Shown piece after piece: positions 8,015-15,576 of a stretch of DNA of 32,000 nucleotides. A model generated the notes under the pieces. It was not told where the DNA came from. It worked only from the letters and a program-made list of their open reading frames with translations, and did not search any database. The stretch comes from Opitutales bacterium (GTDB lineage Bacteria; Verrucomicrobiota; Verrucomicrobiia; Opitutales; PNEW01). The translations under genes were made by a program, and so were the position numbers. The DNA is taken from NCBI GenBank assembly GCA_965219535.1, contig CBDCNV010000002.1, forward strand, positions 1,290,001 to 1,322,000, read 5' to 3'. How positions within the stretch are numbered: position 1 is the first letter of the stretch; the number at the start of each line of letters is the position of its first letter.

Positions 8015-8893
8015 GTGGTAACATTAAATAAATCGGATGCTTCGATTGCATTCACACCTCTGACTCCGGTTGTGGGAGCGGAATGTAGTGGTGTCGATAT
8101 TTCCCAACCGGTATCGGATGAGACTATTGCTGCTATCAATAATGCGTTGGCTGAGTACGGTGTGCTGCTCTTTCGCGACCAGGATATTACACCTGAACAG
8201 CATATCGACTTCAGTCGAAAGTTCGGTCAGCTTGACATTCATGTCCTCGACCAGTTTCTTCTGACCGGCCATCCGGAGATCTATATAATCTCCAACGTGG
8301 TGGAAAATGGTAAGCACATCGGCGCGCATGGGGGAGCGAAGCATTTTCACTCCGATCTCTCCTATAATCCCGAACCGAGCCTGGGATCGCTTTTCCTCTG
8401 CCGTGAATGTCCACCCAAAGGGGGGCAGACTGAGTTTGCCGGCATGTTTGCCGCTTATGATGCGTTGCCCAAGGAGCGAAAACAATGGCTGGCACAGCAG
8501 CGTGGCGTTCACGACTACGTGTATCATTACGAGACTTTTCTACCCCACCGCAAACCGTTGACGGAGGAACAGAAAGCTAAGCTATCGCCCTCAGCTCACC
8601 CCGCAATCCGCACCCATCCGGTAAGTGGACGAAAGGGGATCTATCTCTCTGAAGCACTGACTTCACACCTGGAGGGCGTGGATGTAGAGGAGGGCCGGAA
8701 ACTGATCAAGGAAATTTGCGATTTTGCCACGCAACCTCAATTCGTCTATCGTCACGAATGGCGTGTCGGTGATCTGGTGTTCTGGGACAACCGCGCGGTG
8801 ATGCATCGCGCCCTGCCGTTTGACGAGGATCAGTCCCGACGAGTGATGCATCGAACCACGGTCCACGGAGACAAACCTTTCCTGAAGGTGTAA
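8015..8893 (+). CDS. TauD/TfdA-family Fe(II)/2-oxoglutarate-dependent dioxygenase
   Basis: 292-aa ORF, GTG start. HFHSDLSY (HxD facial-triad motif), WDNRAVMHRA (distal His) and SRRVMHRTTV (Arg pair) are typical of the family. Confidence 0.85.
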   Translation: MVTLNKSDASIAFTPLTPVVGAECSGVDISQPVSDETIAAINNALAEYGVLLFRDQDITPEQHIDFSRKFGQLDIHVLDQFLLTGHPEIYIISNVVENGKHIGAHGGAKHFHSDLSYNPEPSLGSLFLCRECPPKGGQTEFAGMFAAYDALPKERKQWLAQQRGVHDYVYHYETFLPHRKPLTEEQKAKLSPSAHPAIRTHPVSGRKGIYLSEALTSHLEGVDVEEGRKLIKEICDFATQPQFVYRHEWRVGDLVFWDNRAVMHRALPFDEDQSRRVMHRTTVHGDKPFLKV

Positions 8894-8895
8894 GC

Positions 8896-8943
8896 CGATT
8901 GCGTATACGGGTGAATGCGTATAAGCGAGAATGCGGATATTGT
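8896..8943. repeat. 8-nt-period AATGCG-class array starting 2 nt after stop 8893
   Basis: cgattgcg tatacggg tgaatgcg tataagcg agaatgcg gatattgt. Confidence 0.6.
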
Positions 8944-8970
8944 TTAGATAAACTGGCATCCTGTATGAAA

Positions 8971-9010
8971 CCGCATTGCCGCATTCACACTTTTTCGCAT
9001 CTACGCATTT
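8971..9010. repeat. 8-nt-period CGCATT-class array (inverted relative to 8896-8943)
   Basis: ccgcattg ccgcattc acactttt tcgcatct acgcattt. Together with 8896-8943 it forms an imperfect intergenic palindrome. Confidence 0.6.
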
Positions 9011-9040
9011 TCTTTTGACATTAGACCTTCGACTTTTGAC
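9011..9040 (+). promoter_or_regulatory. Leader array (TTTGAC/TTAGAC/TTCGAC, 7-nt period, 4 units) upstream of start 9051
   Basis: GAC ends at 9019, 9026, 9033 and 9040. 10-nt spacer tctaatttcc to the ATG. Confidence 0.7.
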
Positions 9041-9050
9041 TCTAATTTCC

Positions 9051-10640
9051 ATGAGAGACCTGAGACAAGACAGCACACAACTCTACATTGCGGATCAGGT
9101 TCAGTCTTTTGTAGATAATTTAATCCTGGAATCAGTGACCGATGTTACGCGGCGCTGGTATACACCTGAGCGGGTTGGTGACGGACCGGTTCTCGTAAAA
9201 ACTGAATCCTGGGAAGGTTTACCCTATTTCGGGAGCAACACCACGGTGATCCGCGATCCAGACGACGGGCTTTTCAAATGTTGGTATGAGATTATGGTTG
9301 GTGAACCCGATAAAAGCAAAATGGCCCTCGGTATGGAATCCTACGTTTGTTATGCCACGAGTGAAGATGGTATTCACTGGGAAAAGCCAGAGTTCGATGT
9401 CACCATTTTAGAGGGTAGTAAAACAAATATCATTTTGGGCAGCCCTGAATCCGGAGGCGCGCATGCCATGACTGTAATCAGGGACCCTTATCCAAAGTCC
9501 GAAGCGGAACGTTTTAAAGGGATGGTAACGCTTATGTGGGATCAGAACAAAAACCGCCGCATCGTCAGCGCGCACTCGCCGGATGGAATCAACTGGCAGA
9601 TTAGCGACGAGGTTCTTCGTATCGGCATGGCTGGACCAAGGTTGTGTGACGTTCACATCGTAGGCTATGACGAGGACGCCCGTGAATATGTTTGCTACAC
9701 GCGCCATTTCCTCATGACTGCCGGCGCTACGCGCGTACGCTTTGTTCGCGATCAAACCTTCGGTCGACCCTTAGAATTGGATAACTTCGCCACCTATTGC
9801 CAGCGACGCGTGTGGGTTATGCGCAGCTCTGATTTCATTCATTGGAGCGAACCGGTTTTGGTCGCTGCGGTCGATGAGAGCGAAGATAATTTAGATGAAT
9901 CCTTTTATTACATGGTACCCTATAAGGTGGGGACCCAGCATTTGGCGCCGGTGGGCGTGTTCAAATCGGTTGATAACGAGATGGAGGTACAGCTTCTGCA
10001 CAGTCGAGACGGTCTCCGCTGGCAGCGCGCGATGAAACGGCAACCGTTCGTAGCTCATCGCGGCGAAGGTTTCTGGGACGCGCACATGGTATTCATCACG
10101 ACACCCCCGATCGAAGTGGATAATAAATTATATTTCTATTATAGTGGAACGAACTTTCATCACGACTGGTGGCTGGTCGGCTTGCGCGAGGGGATCGACC
10201 ACCCGGAGGCAAAAGATCCATTAGGTTGTGGGAACGCGTTCGCGATGGGTCTGGCAACCATGAGAAAAGACGGATACGCTTCGCTTTACGCCAACCGGTT
10301 TCGCCAGGGTATTGTTATTACACGGAATTTGATTAGTCTTGGAACTCAGCTTATTATCAATGCCCGTTGCGCCCCCGGGGGGTCAATCAGGGTCGAGGTC
10401 CAGAACCGCCTGGATAAAGTCCTTGGAGAATGCAGCATCGATAACAGCGACGCTTTCAGTGGTGACAGCGTCGAACATACGATGACGTGGAAAGGCGATC
10501 CAACAATCCCCGCCGGTCGCGGTCAGGAACTCTACTGGCGCAAGCTCAGATTCCATTTGCGAGACGCCGAATTGTTTTCTTTCCGTTTTACCCATGAGAC
10601 CGAAGAAAGCGATCCCTTCAAGACCGAGAAGGAGTGGTAG
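9051..10640 (+). CDS. Cytoplasmic beta-propeller protein with Asp-box-like motifs; putative glycoside hydrolase of the GH32/43/130-like fold + C-terminal beta-sandwich (paralog 1)
   Basis: The ORF track starts at 8976, but those 25 codons translate the repeat arrays. ATG 9051 aligns with the start of the paralog (MRDLRQDSTQLYIADQVQ). Motifs IRDPDDGLFKCWYE, ATSEDGIHWEKP, SPDGINW, SSDFIHWSEP, SRDGLRW. No signal peptide. Function uncertain. Confidence 0.7.
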   Translation: MRDLRQDSTQLYIADQVQSFVDNLILESVTDVTRRWYTPERVGDGPVLVKTESWEGLPYFGSNTTVIRDPDDGLFKCWYEIMVGEPDKSKMALGMESYVCYATSEDGIHWEKPEFDVTILEGSKTNIILGSPESGGAHAMTVIRDPYPKSEAERFKGMVTLMWDQNKNRRIVSAHSPDGINWQISDEVLRIGMAGPRLCDVHIVGYDEDAREYVCYTRHFLMTAGATRVRFVRDQTFGRPLELDNFATYCQRRVWVMRSSDFIHWSEPVLVAAVDESEDNLDESFYYMVPYKVGTQHLAPVGVFKSVDNEMEVQLLHSRDGLRWQRAMKRQPFVAHRGEGFWDAHMVFITTPPIEVDNKLYFYYSGTNFHHDWWLVGLREGIDHPEAKDPLGCGNAFAMGLATMRKDGYASLYANRFRQGIVITRNLISLGTQLIINARCAPGGSIRVEVQNRLDKVLGECSIDNSDAFSGDSVEHTMTWKGDPTIPAGRGQELYWRKLRFHLRDAELFSFRFTHETEESDPFKTEKEW

Positions 10641-10659
10641 GGGGGGAGCTCACGCGCAT

Positions 10660-10689
10660 GTTAAGTTTTAGGTGTTAGGTTTTAGGTGG
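10660..10689 (+). repeat. TAGGTGT-class half array (left arm only) downstream of stop 10640
   Basis: gttaagttttaggtgttaggttttaggtgg is homologous to 12380-12407, but the complementary right arm is missing. Confidence 0.55.
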
Positions 10690-10728
10690 AGATGACTCGA
10701 GCTTTCTCCTATTATATTGGCGAAGGCG

Positions 10729-10755
10729 TTTGACTTTAGACGTTCAGCTTTCGAC
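10729..10755 (+). promoter_or_regulatory. Leader array (TTTGAC/TTAGAC/TTCAG/TTCGAC) upstream of start 10767
   Basis: gtttgac tttagac gttcag ctttcgac. 11-nt spacer tattcaaatcc to the ATG. Confidence 0.6.
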
Positions 10756-10766
10756 TATTCAAATCC

Positions 10767-12356
10767 ATGAGGGATTTGAAACAGGATAGCACACAACTCT
10801 ACATTGCGGATCAGGTACAGACCTTCGTCGATAACTTAATCCTCGAATCGGTAACCGACGTCACGCGGCGCTGGCACACACCCGAGCGAGTCGGCGACGG
10901 TCCAGTTCTCACAAAGACAGAACCTTGGGAAGGTTTACCCTATTTTAACTGTGCAACCACAATCATCCGCGATCCGGATGACGGCCTATTCAAATGTTGG
11001 TATGAAATCATGGTAGGCGAGCCCGATAAGAGCTATATTGCTCTGGGTATGGATTCCTACTCGTGTGTGGCAACGAGTGAGGACGGTCTTCACTGGGATA
11101 AACCAGCGCTTGATAATTTGATCGTGGATGGGCGCAAAACGAATATAATTCTGGGCAGCCCTGAAACCGGGGGTGCGCATTCTATGACCGTGATCAAGGA
11201 CCCTTATCCAAAGTCGGAGGCGGAGCGCTTCAAGGGGATGCTTACCCTAATGTGGGACCATAACAAGAACCGCAGGATCGTTACCGCCTACTCGCCGGAT
11301 GGAATCAATTGGAAGATAAATGACGATGTTCCACGGATTGGGCTGGCCGGTCCGAGACTTTGCGACGGCCACAACCTCGCCTATGACGAGGATGCCCGTG
11401 AATACGTTTGCTACACGCGCCATTTTCTCATGACTGCAGGAGCTACGCGCGTACGCTTTGTTCGTGATCAAACCTTTGGTCGCCCCTTAGAGCCGGATAA
11501 CTTCGCCACCTATTGCCAGCGACGTGTCTGGGTTATGCGCAGCACTGATTTTATTCATTGGAGCGAACCAGTTCTGATAGCTGCAGCTGATGAAAGTGAA
11601 GATAATCTGGATGAATCTTTTTATTACATGGTTCCTTATAAACTGGGCGGGTTGTATCTTGGACCGACGGGCATGTTCAAGTCGGTAGACAACGAGATAG
11701 AAGTTCAACTTCAATATAGCCGCGACGGACTTCGCTGGCAGCGCGCATTGAAACGACAACCGTTCCTTGCTCATCGCGGTGAAGGATTTTGGGATGCTCA
11801 CCTCGTATATATAAATAACCCGCCGATCGAAGTGGACGATAAACTTTATTTTTATTATAGCGGGAGCAACTTTCATCACGACTGGTGGATGGTCGGATTA
11901 CGGGAAGGGATCGACCATCCTGAGGCAATAGATCCACTGGGCTGTGGGAGTGCTTTTGGAGTGGGGTTGGCAACCTTGAGAAAAGACGGATATGCCTCAC
12001 TTTACGCCAATCAGCACCGGCAAGGTGTTGTCATTACGCGTAACTTTATTAGTCTGGGGACTCAGCTTGTTATCAATGCCTTCTGCGCACCGGGTGGTTC
12101 GATCCGAGTCGAAGTTCAAAACCGTTTGGATAAAGTCCTCGGAGAATGTACCATCGAGAACAGCGACGCTTTCACCGGTGACAGTGTCGAGCATACCATG
12201 ACCTGGAAAGGTGATCCGACGATCCCAGCCGGACGCGGGCAGGAACTCTACTGGCGCAAGCTCAGATTCCATTTGCGCGATGCCGAATTGTTTTCATTTC
12301 GTTTCACCCATGAGACTGAAGATGAATCTCCCTACAAGACGGAAAAAGAGTGGTGA
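10767..12356 (+). CDS. Cytoplasmic beta-propeller GH-like protein (paralog 2 of 9051-10640)
   Basis: 529-aa ORF, collinear with paralog 1 and mostly identical by eye. The two share a 38-nt perfect nucleotide match (10524-10561 = 12240-12277). Confidence 0.7.
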   Translation: MRDLKQDSTQLYIADQVQTFVDNLILESVTDVTRRWHTPERVGDGPVLTKTEPWEGLPYFNCATTIIRDPDDGLFKCWYEIMVGEPDKSYIALGMDSYSCVATSEDGLHWDKPALDNLIVDGRKTNIILGSPETGGAHSMTVIKDPYPKSEAERFKGMLTLMWDHNKNRRIVTAYSPDGINWKINDDVPRIGLAGPRLCDGHNLAYDEDAREYVCYTRHFLMTAGATRVRFVRDQTFGRPLEPDNFATYCQRRVWVMRSTDFIHWSEPVLIAAADESEDNLDESFYYMVPYKLGGLYLGPTGMFKSVDNEIEVQLQYSRDGLRWQRALKRQPFLAHRGEGFWDAHLVYINNPPIEVDDKLYFYYSGSNFHHDWWMVGLREGIDHPEAIDPLGCGSAFGVGLATLRKDGYASLYANQHRQGVVITRNFISLGTQLVINAFCAPGGSIRVEVQNRLDKVLGECTIENSDAFTGDSVEHTMTWKGDPTIPAGRGQELYWRKLRFHLRDAELFSFRFTHETEDESPYKTEKEW

Positions 12357-12378
12357 CGCGTGAAATTGCTTTCACGCG
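12357..12378 (+). terminator. Stem-loop immediately after stop 12356
   Basis: cgcgtgaaa ttgc tttcacgcg: perfect 9-bp stem, 4-nt loop, followed by tgttaagtttta. Confidence 0.5.
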
Positions 12379-12444
12379 TGTTAAGTTTTAGGTGTTAGGT
12401 TTTAGGTTAATCTACTTAACACCTAAAACCTAACACTTAACACC
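12379..12444 (+). terminator. TAGGTGT-class repeat hairpin
   Basis: gtgttaggttttaggt (12392-12407) is perfectly complementary to acctaaaacctaacac (12421-12436), a 16-bp stem with a 13-nt loop. An outer gtgttaa/ttaacac pairing extends it. Confidence 0.5.
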
Positions 12445-12498
12445 ATCGTGCATCGTTCATTGATTTAACTTGATGATTGAGTTTCGCTGATGCACGAT
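12445..12498 (+). promoter_or_regulatory. 10-bp perfect inverted repeat ending 7 nt before ATG 12506
   Basis: atcgtgcatc (12445-12454) and gatgcacgat (12489-12498). Candidate operator or leader hairpin. Confidence 0.3.
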
Positions 12499-12505
12499 TT
12501 TTCCA

Positions 12506-13528
12506 ATGATAGAAATACTTGATACCGACCTTATTTATCGGGGAGATGAGAGCGCTCCGCACTTTCGAAATACTTACTGGCCCAGTGTTGTAGAACTCGA
12601 CAACGGTGAGCTGCTGGCGGCATTGGATATCAGTAATTTCATTAACAGCCGTGACGCTCGCTCTTATTACAGTCTTTCAAAAGACCAAGGTAAAAGCTGG
12701 AGTGAGCCTAAGATAATCTGGGATGGAGACGGGTGGCCTTATCCCTTTCATACGACCTGCCGCATCAGCAAGGCACCGGGTGGTGAGGTCATCGGGTTTA
12801 TGGCAATCAAAGACCGGTCAGACAGTGAACAACCGCATACCAATCCGGAAAATGGGGGGATGATAAATATGGAGCATGCGGTCGTTCGCTGGGACAATGA
12901 TACTCAGAGCTGGTTAAAACCGGAAATATTTAAGCGTCCGCTAGAGTGGAATTGTTATGAGAGTTGTCATGCGATATTTCCCATTAGCGCGGAGAAATGG
13001 CTTTTACCCACCGCGTTTCGAACGAATTGGGAAGGGGAGTGCCCGTTTGGTCATAAAGCGTTTGCGTTTGTCACACGGGATGGCGGTAAGAGTTGGAATG
13101 AGATTGTCGACGTCTTTGATTGCTGGTCTGAAAATTTGATTTGTTGGGAACAGAAGCAGACGATCCTTTCCGACGGCAGAGTTTTTGCCGCGTGCTGGGC
13201 GTTTAATGCCGAGACAAAAGTGAACCATAAAAACCGTTACACATTTTCAGATGATAAGGGTGAATCTTATGGAGAAATTTTTGAAAGCCCTCTTTCAGGA
13301 CAGACTTGCACCCCAATAGGTTTAGCTGACAATCATATACTCGCCATCTACCGCCGCTTGGATAAAAATGGATTATGGGGACATCTGGCAAAAATCGAAG
13401 GAACTGAATGGATTTCAATCAGTGAAAAACTTATCTGGGGAGAAGACGTAGAAGCGATCAAGGGTGTTAAAGATCATTCGATACAAAATCAAAAGACCTT
13501 GCAATTTGGGTTTCCCACTGTGATATAG
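12506..13528 (+). CDS. BNR/Asp-box repeat sialidase-like beta-propeller protein, cytoplasmic; ends at an in-frame TAG followed by 29 further in-frame sense codons (to TAA 13616-13618)
   Basis: 340-aa ORF. Asp-boxes SKDQGKSWSEP, TRDGGKSWNE, SDDKGESYGE. No signal peptide. The post-TAG in-frame translation LRDGNIYFTFWCVENDLSNIRWYRLRSEV looks like a genuine last propeller blade. Confidence 0.75.
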   Translation: MIEILDTDLIYRGDESAPHFRNTYWPSVVELDNGELLAALDISNFINSRDARSYYSLSKDQGKSWSEPKIIWDGDGWPYPFHTTCRISKAPGGEVIGFMAIKDRSDSEQPHTNPENGGMINMEHAVVRWDNDTQSWLKPEIFKRPLEWNCYESCHAIFPISAEKWLLPTAFRTNWEGECPFGHKAFAFVTRDGGKSWNEIVDVFDCWSENLICWEQKQTILSDGRVFAACWAFNAETKVNHKNRYTFSDDKGESYGEIFESPLSGQTCTPIGLADNHILAIYRRLDKNGLWGHLAKIEGTEWISISEKLIWGEDVEAIKGVKDHSIQNQKTLQFGFPTVI

Positions 13529-13672
13529 CTTCGGGATGGGAATATCTATTTTACGTTTTGGTGTGTTGAAAATGATTTAAGTAATATACGCTGGTATAGA
13601 CTCAGAAGTGAAGTGTAAGATATTTTTATAATCCCCACAATGTTTATAGCAGTGTAAATCCTCAGTTTAAGA

Positions 13673-14407
13673 TTGATTTCACTCATACTTATAACGTCAG
13701 GCATTATTTTTATTGCCTCTATTATTCGGTCTGCACTCGGCTTTGGAGAAGCGCTCATCGCGATGCCGCTCTTAGTGATGTTTCTTGGTTTATCCACCGC
13801 AACTCCGGTAGTCGGCTTCGTGGCGCTGACTTTGAGTGTCATCATCCTACAGAAAGATTGGCGCTTAGCCGATTTTAAATTAACTTGGCGCTTGGTCCTA
13901 ACATCGTTGATGGGGGTTCCGGTCGGTCTGTTAATGCTAAAAGGTGTAGCCGACGAGTTGATGCAGGGCTTACTGGGAATAGTGCTGATTGCTTATGGGT
14001 TGTATAAAATAGTGAGACCTGAACACCTCTTAAAAGAAGATCGCTTCGGGTTGGTTTACCTCTTCGGTTTCCTCTCGGGCATTCTGGGCGGCGCCTACAA
14101 CACTAACGGTCCCCTGGTCGTTATCTACGCCAACCTGCGGCGATGGCCTCCGCAGCAATTTCGCAGTACCATGCAAAGTTATTTTTTGCCGATCGGGTTT
14201 TTTACGATGATTGGACAGGGGGTCGCCGGTTTATGGACGACCAAAGTTATCACGCTCTATCTCAGTTCCCTGCCGTTAATTTTTCTCGCCGTTTACATCG
14301 GAAGAAAAGTCCACATGTCTTTTGCACCCCACCGTTTTGATCGTATCATCAGCACCGTCTTGCTGCTCATGGGACTGTTACTTATAATTCGAATACTGAT
14401 GAATTAG
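13673..14407 (+). CDS. TauE/SafE (DUF81) family anion (sulfite/sulfonate-type) exporter
   Basis: 244-aa polytopic membrane ORF with two G-rich half-repeats (RSALGFGEALIAMPLL, SGILGGAYNTNGPLVV). TTG start at 13673 is tentative; an in-frame TAA at 13655-13657 limits upstream extension. Confidence 0.75.
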   Translation: MISLILITSGIIFIASIIRSALGFGEALIAMPLLVMFLGLSTATPVVGFVALTLSVIILQKDWRLADFKLTWRLVLTSLMGVPVGLLMLKGVADELMQGLLGIVLIAYGLYKIVRPEHLLKEDRFGLVYLFGFLSGILGGAYNTNGPLVVIYANLRRWPPQQFRSTMQSYFLPIGFFTMIGQGVAGLWTTKVITLYLSSLPLIFLAVYIGRKVHMSFAPHRFDRIISTVLLLMGLLLIIRILMN

Positions 14408-14427
14408 AATTCGCATTTTTGCGAATT
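14408..14427 (+). terminator. Small AT-rich hairpin directly after stop 14407
   Basis: aattcgc attttt gcgaatt: 7-bp stem. Confidence 0.3.
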
Positions 14428-14452
14428 GTCAAAAGGTCAAAAAGTCAAAAAG
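14428..14452 (+). repeat. Trailer array (GTCAAAAG class, 8-nt period, 3 units) downstream of TauE-like gene
   Basis: GTC starts at 14428, 14436 and 14444. It lies in a convergent intergenic region with no start codon nearby. Orientation is the reverse complement of the leader arrays relative to the upstream gene. Confidence 0.65.
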
Positions 14453-14509
14453 GAAAACGTGTATCCGCAACTTGTCACGCCATAGCCTCGGCGACGGCGG
14501 ATCCGCAAT

Positions 14510-15373
14510 CTAAATGACCCAGTGCCGGTAAAGTTGCTTAACGTTATCCGGTAGTTTATCGAAGACGTCTTTTCGAATCGGAATCGCGTCGTAGTTCTTG
14601 CCGCCTCTTTCGACCACCATGCGATCGTGATCGGGAGTGCCTTTCATCGTCGGTGTAAGGTTGAGCCACCACGGCGCATAGCGTACGATTAACGCGACCC
14701 GGGATTCGTCACAGATATTCGGTGCCACGGCATGCCACATACGGCTGTCATAAAGCAGTACGCTACCCTCCGGACCCAAGGCCTGGCGCTCGTCGGGATT
14801 TGGTGCGTCGAGATCAATTCCCTCCATCTCTCCTGTTGCCGGGTTGTTTGTCAGGCGATGGCTTTTGGGAAGAATAAATGTGGCTCCGTTTTCTTTCGTG
14901 AAGTGAGTCAACATCCAGATCGATGATAGGTGCATGATCATATTGCCGTAGGGCGCTTTGACATGCGTGGAGTTAGTCCCGTTATAGGGCCAGTCGGCGT
15001 GCCAATAGCCGCGGTCACCGCCGGGTTGGTTGATCACCGTGTCCGTACACGAAATCCGTGCATAGTCGCCGAAAAAATATTCTACTGTTCCGAGTATGCG
15101 TTCATCGACAAGGTAGGGCGCAAAGCACTGCGTGGCATTGATCACCTGCTTGAGCACCGCGACCCCCGGTGTGCCAATGCGATGGCCGCGTGACCGCGTT
15201 TTCGCCAGCTCTGCTTCCGCTTCTTCATTATGAGCGTGTTGCGCGGCCATGACTTCAGAACGAATGGCGTCCACCTTATCCGCTGGAATTACCCCCTCGA
15301 CGACGCAATAACCCTCTCGCTCGATTTGAGAAACAATAGCGTCCACCGGCATCTGTTTAATCGAAGTTTCCAT
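14510..15373 (-). CDS. Phytanoyl-CoA dioxygenase (PhyH) family Fe(II)/2-oxoglutarate oxygenase
   Basis: 287-aa ORF. YWHADWPY (HxD), GATFILPKSH, SRMWHAVAPN, RVALIVRY. Confidence 0.8.
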   Translation of the reverse strand: METSIKQMPVDAIVSQIEREGYCVVEGVIPADKVDAIRSEVMAAQHAHNEEAEAELAKTRSRGHRIGTPGVAVLKQVINATQCFAPYLVDERILGTVEYFFGDYARISCTDTVINQPGGDRGYWHADWPYNGTNSTHVKAPYGNMIMHLSSIWMLTHFTKENGATFILPKSHRLTNNPATGEMEGIDLDAPNPDERQALGPEGSVLLYDSRMWHAVAPNICDESRVALIVRYAPWWLNLTPTMKGTPDHDRMVVERGGKNYDAIPIRKDVFDKLPDNVKQLYRHWVI

Positions 15374-15576
15374 TACATATTAATCGGTAGAAAAATAGTA
15401 TCGGAATTTATAAGAAAAACAACGATTTACTGAAAAACATTTAAAGCCTCGATGGGTTCCACCTTATCTTTTCTTCTACTCTCATTATTTCTTTCTTGTG
15501 TCTCTCGTGCCTTTGGAAGATGTTGTCTCGCTGTTTTATAGTAAGATACTTCGGTAAACGATAACACGAAATCGAG

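Noticed and set aside
8976-9050. N-terminal 25-codon extension of the beta-propeller gene as given in the ORF track (MPHSHFFASTHFLLTLDLRLLTLIS...).
   Set aside because: These codons simply translate the CGCATT and TTTGAC arrays. The paralog starts at the equivalent of ATG 9051, with the same first residues and the same 10-11-nt array-to-ATG spacing.
13526-13528. Genome-wide reassignment of TAG as a sense codon to explain the in-frame TAG in the BNR gene.
   Set aside because: TAG terminates at least four other well-supported genes in this window at positions consistent with homologs (10640, 21109, 23367, 23477). A local nonsense mutation, sequencing error or read-through is more parsimonious.
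13546-13845. 99-aa minus-strand ORF overlapping the start of the TauE-like gene.
   Set aside because: It overlaps the strongly hydrophobic, motif-bearing + strand gene and the putative BNR gene extension. It has no motif and is likely a shadow ORF.
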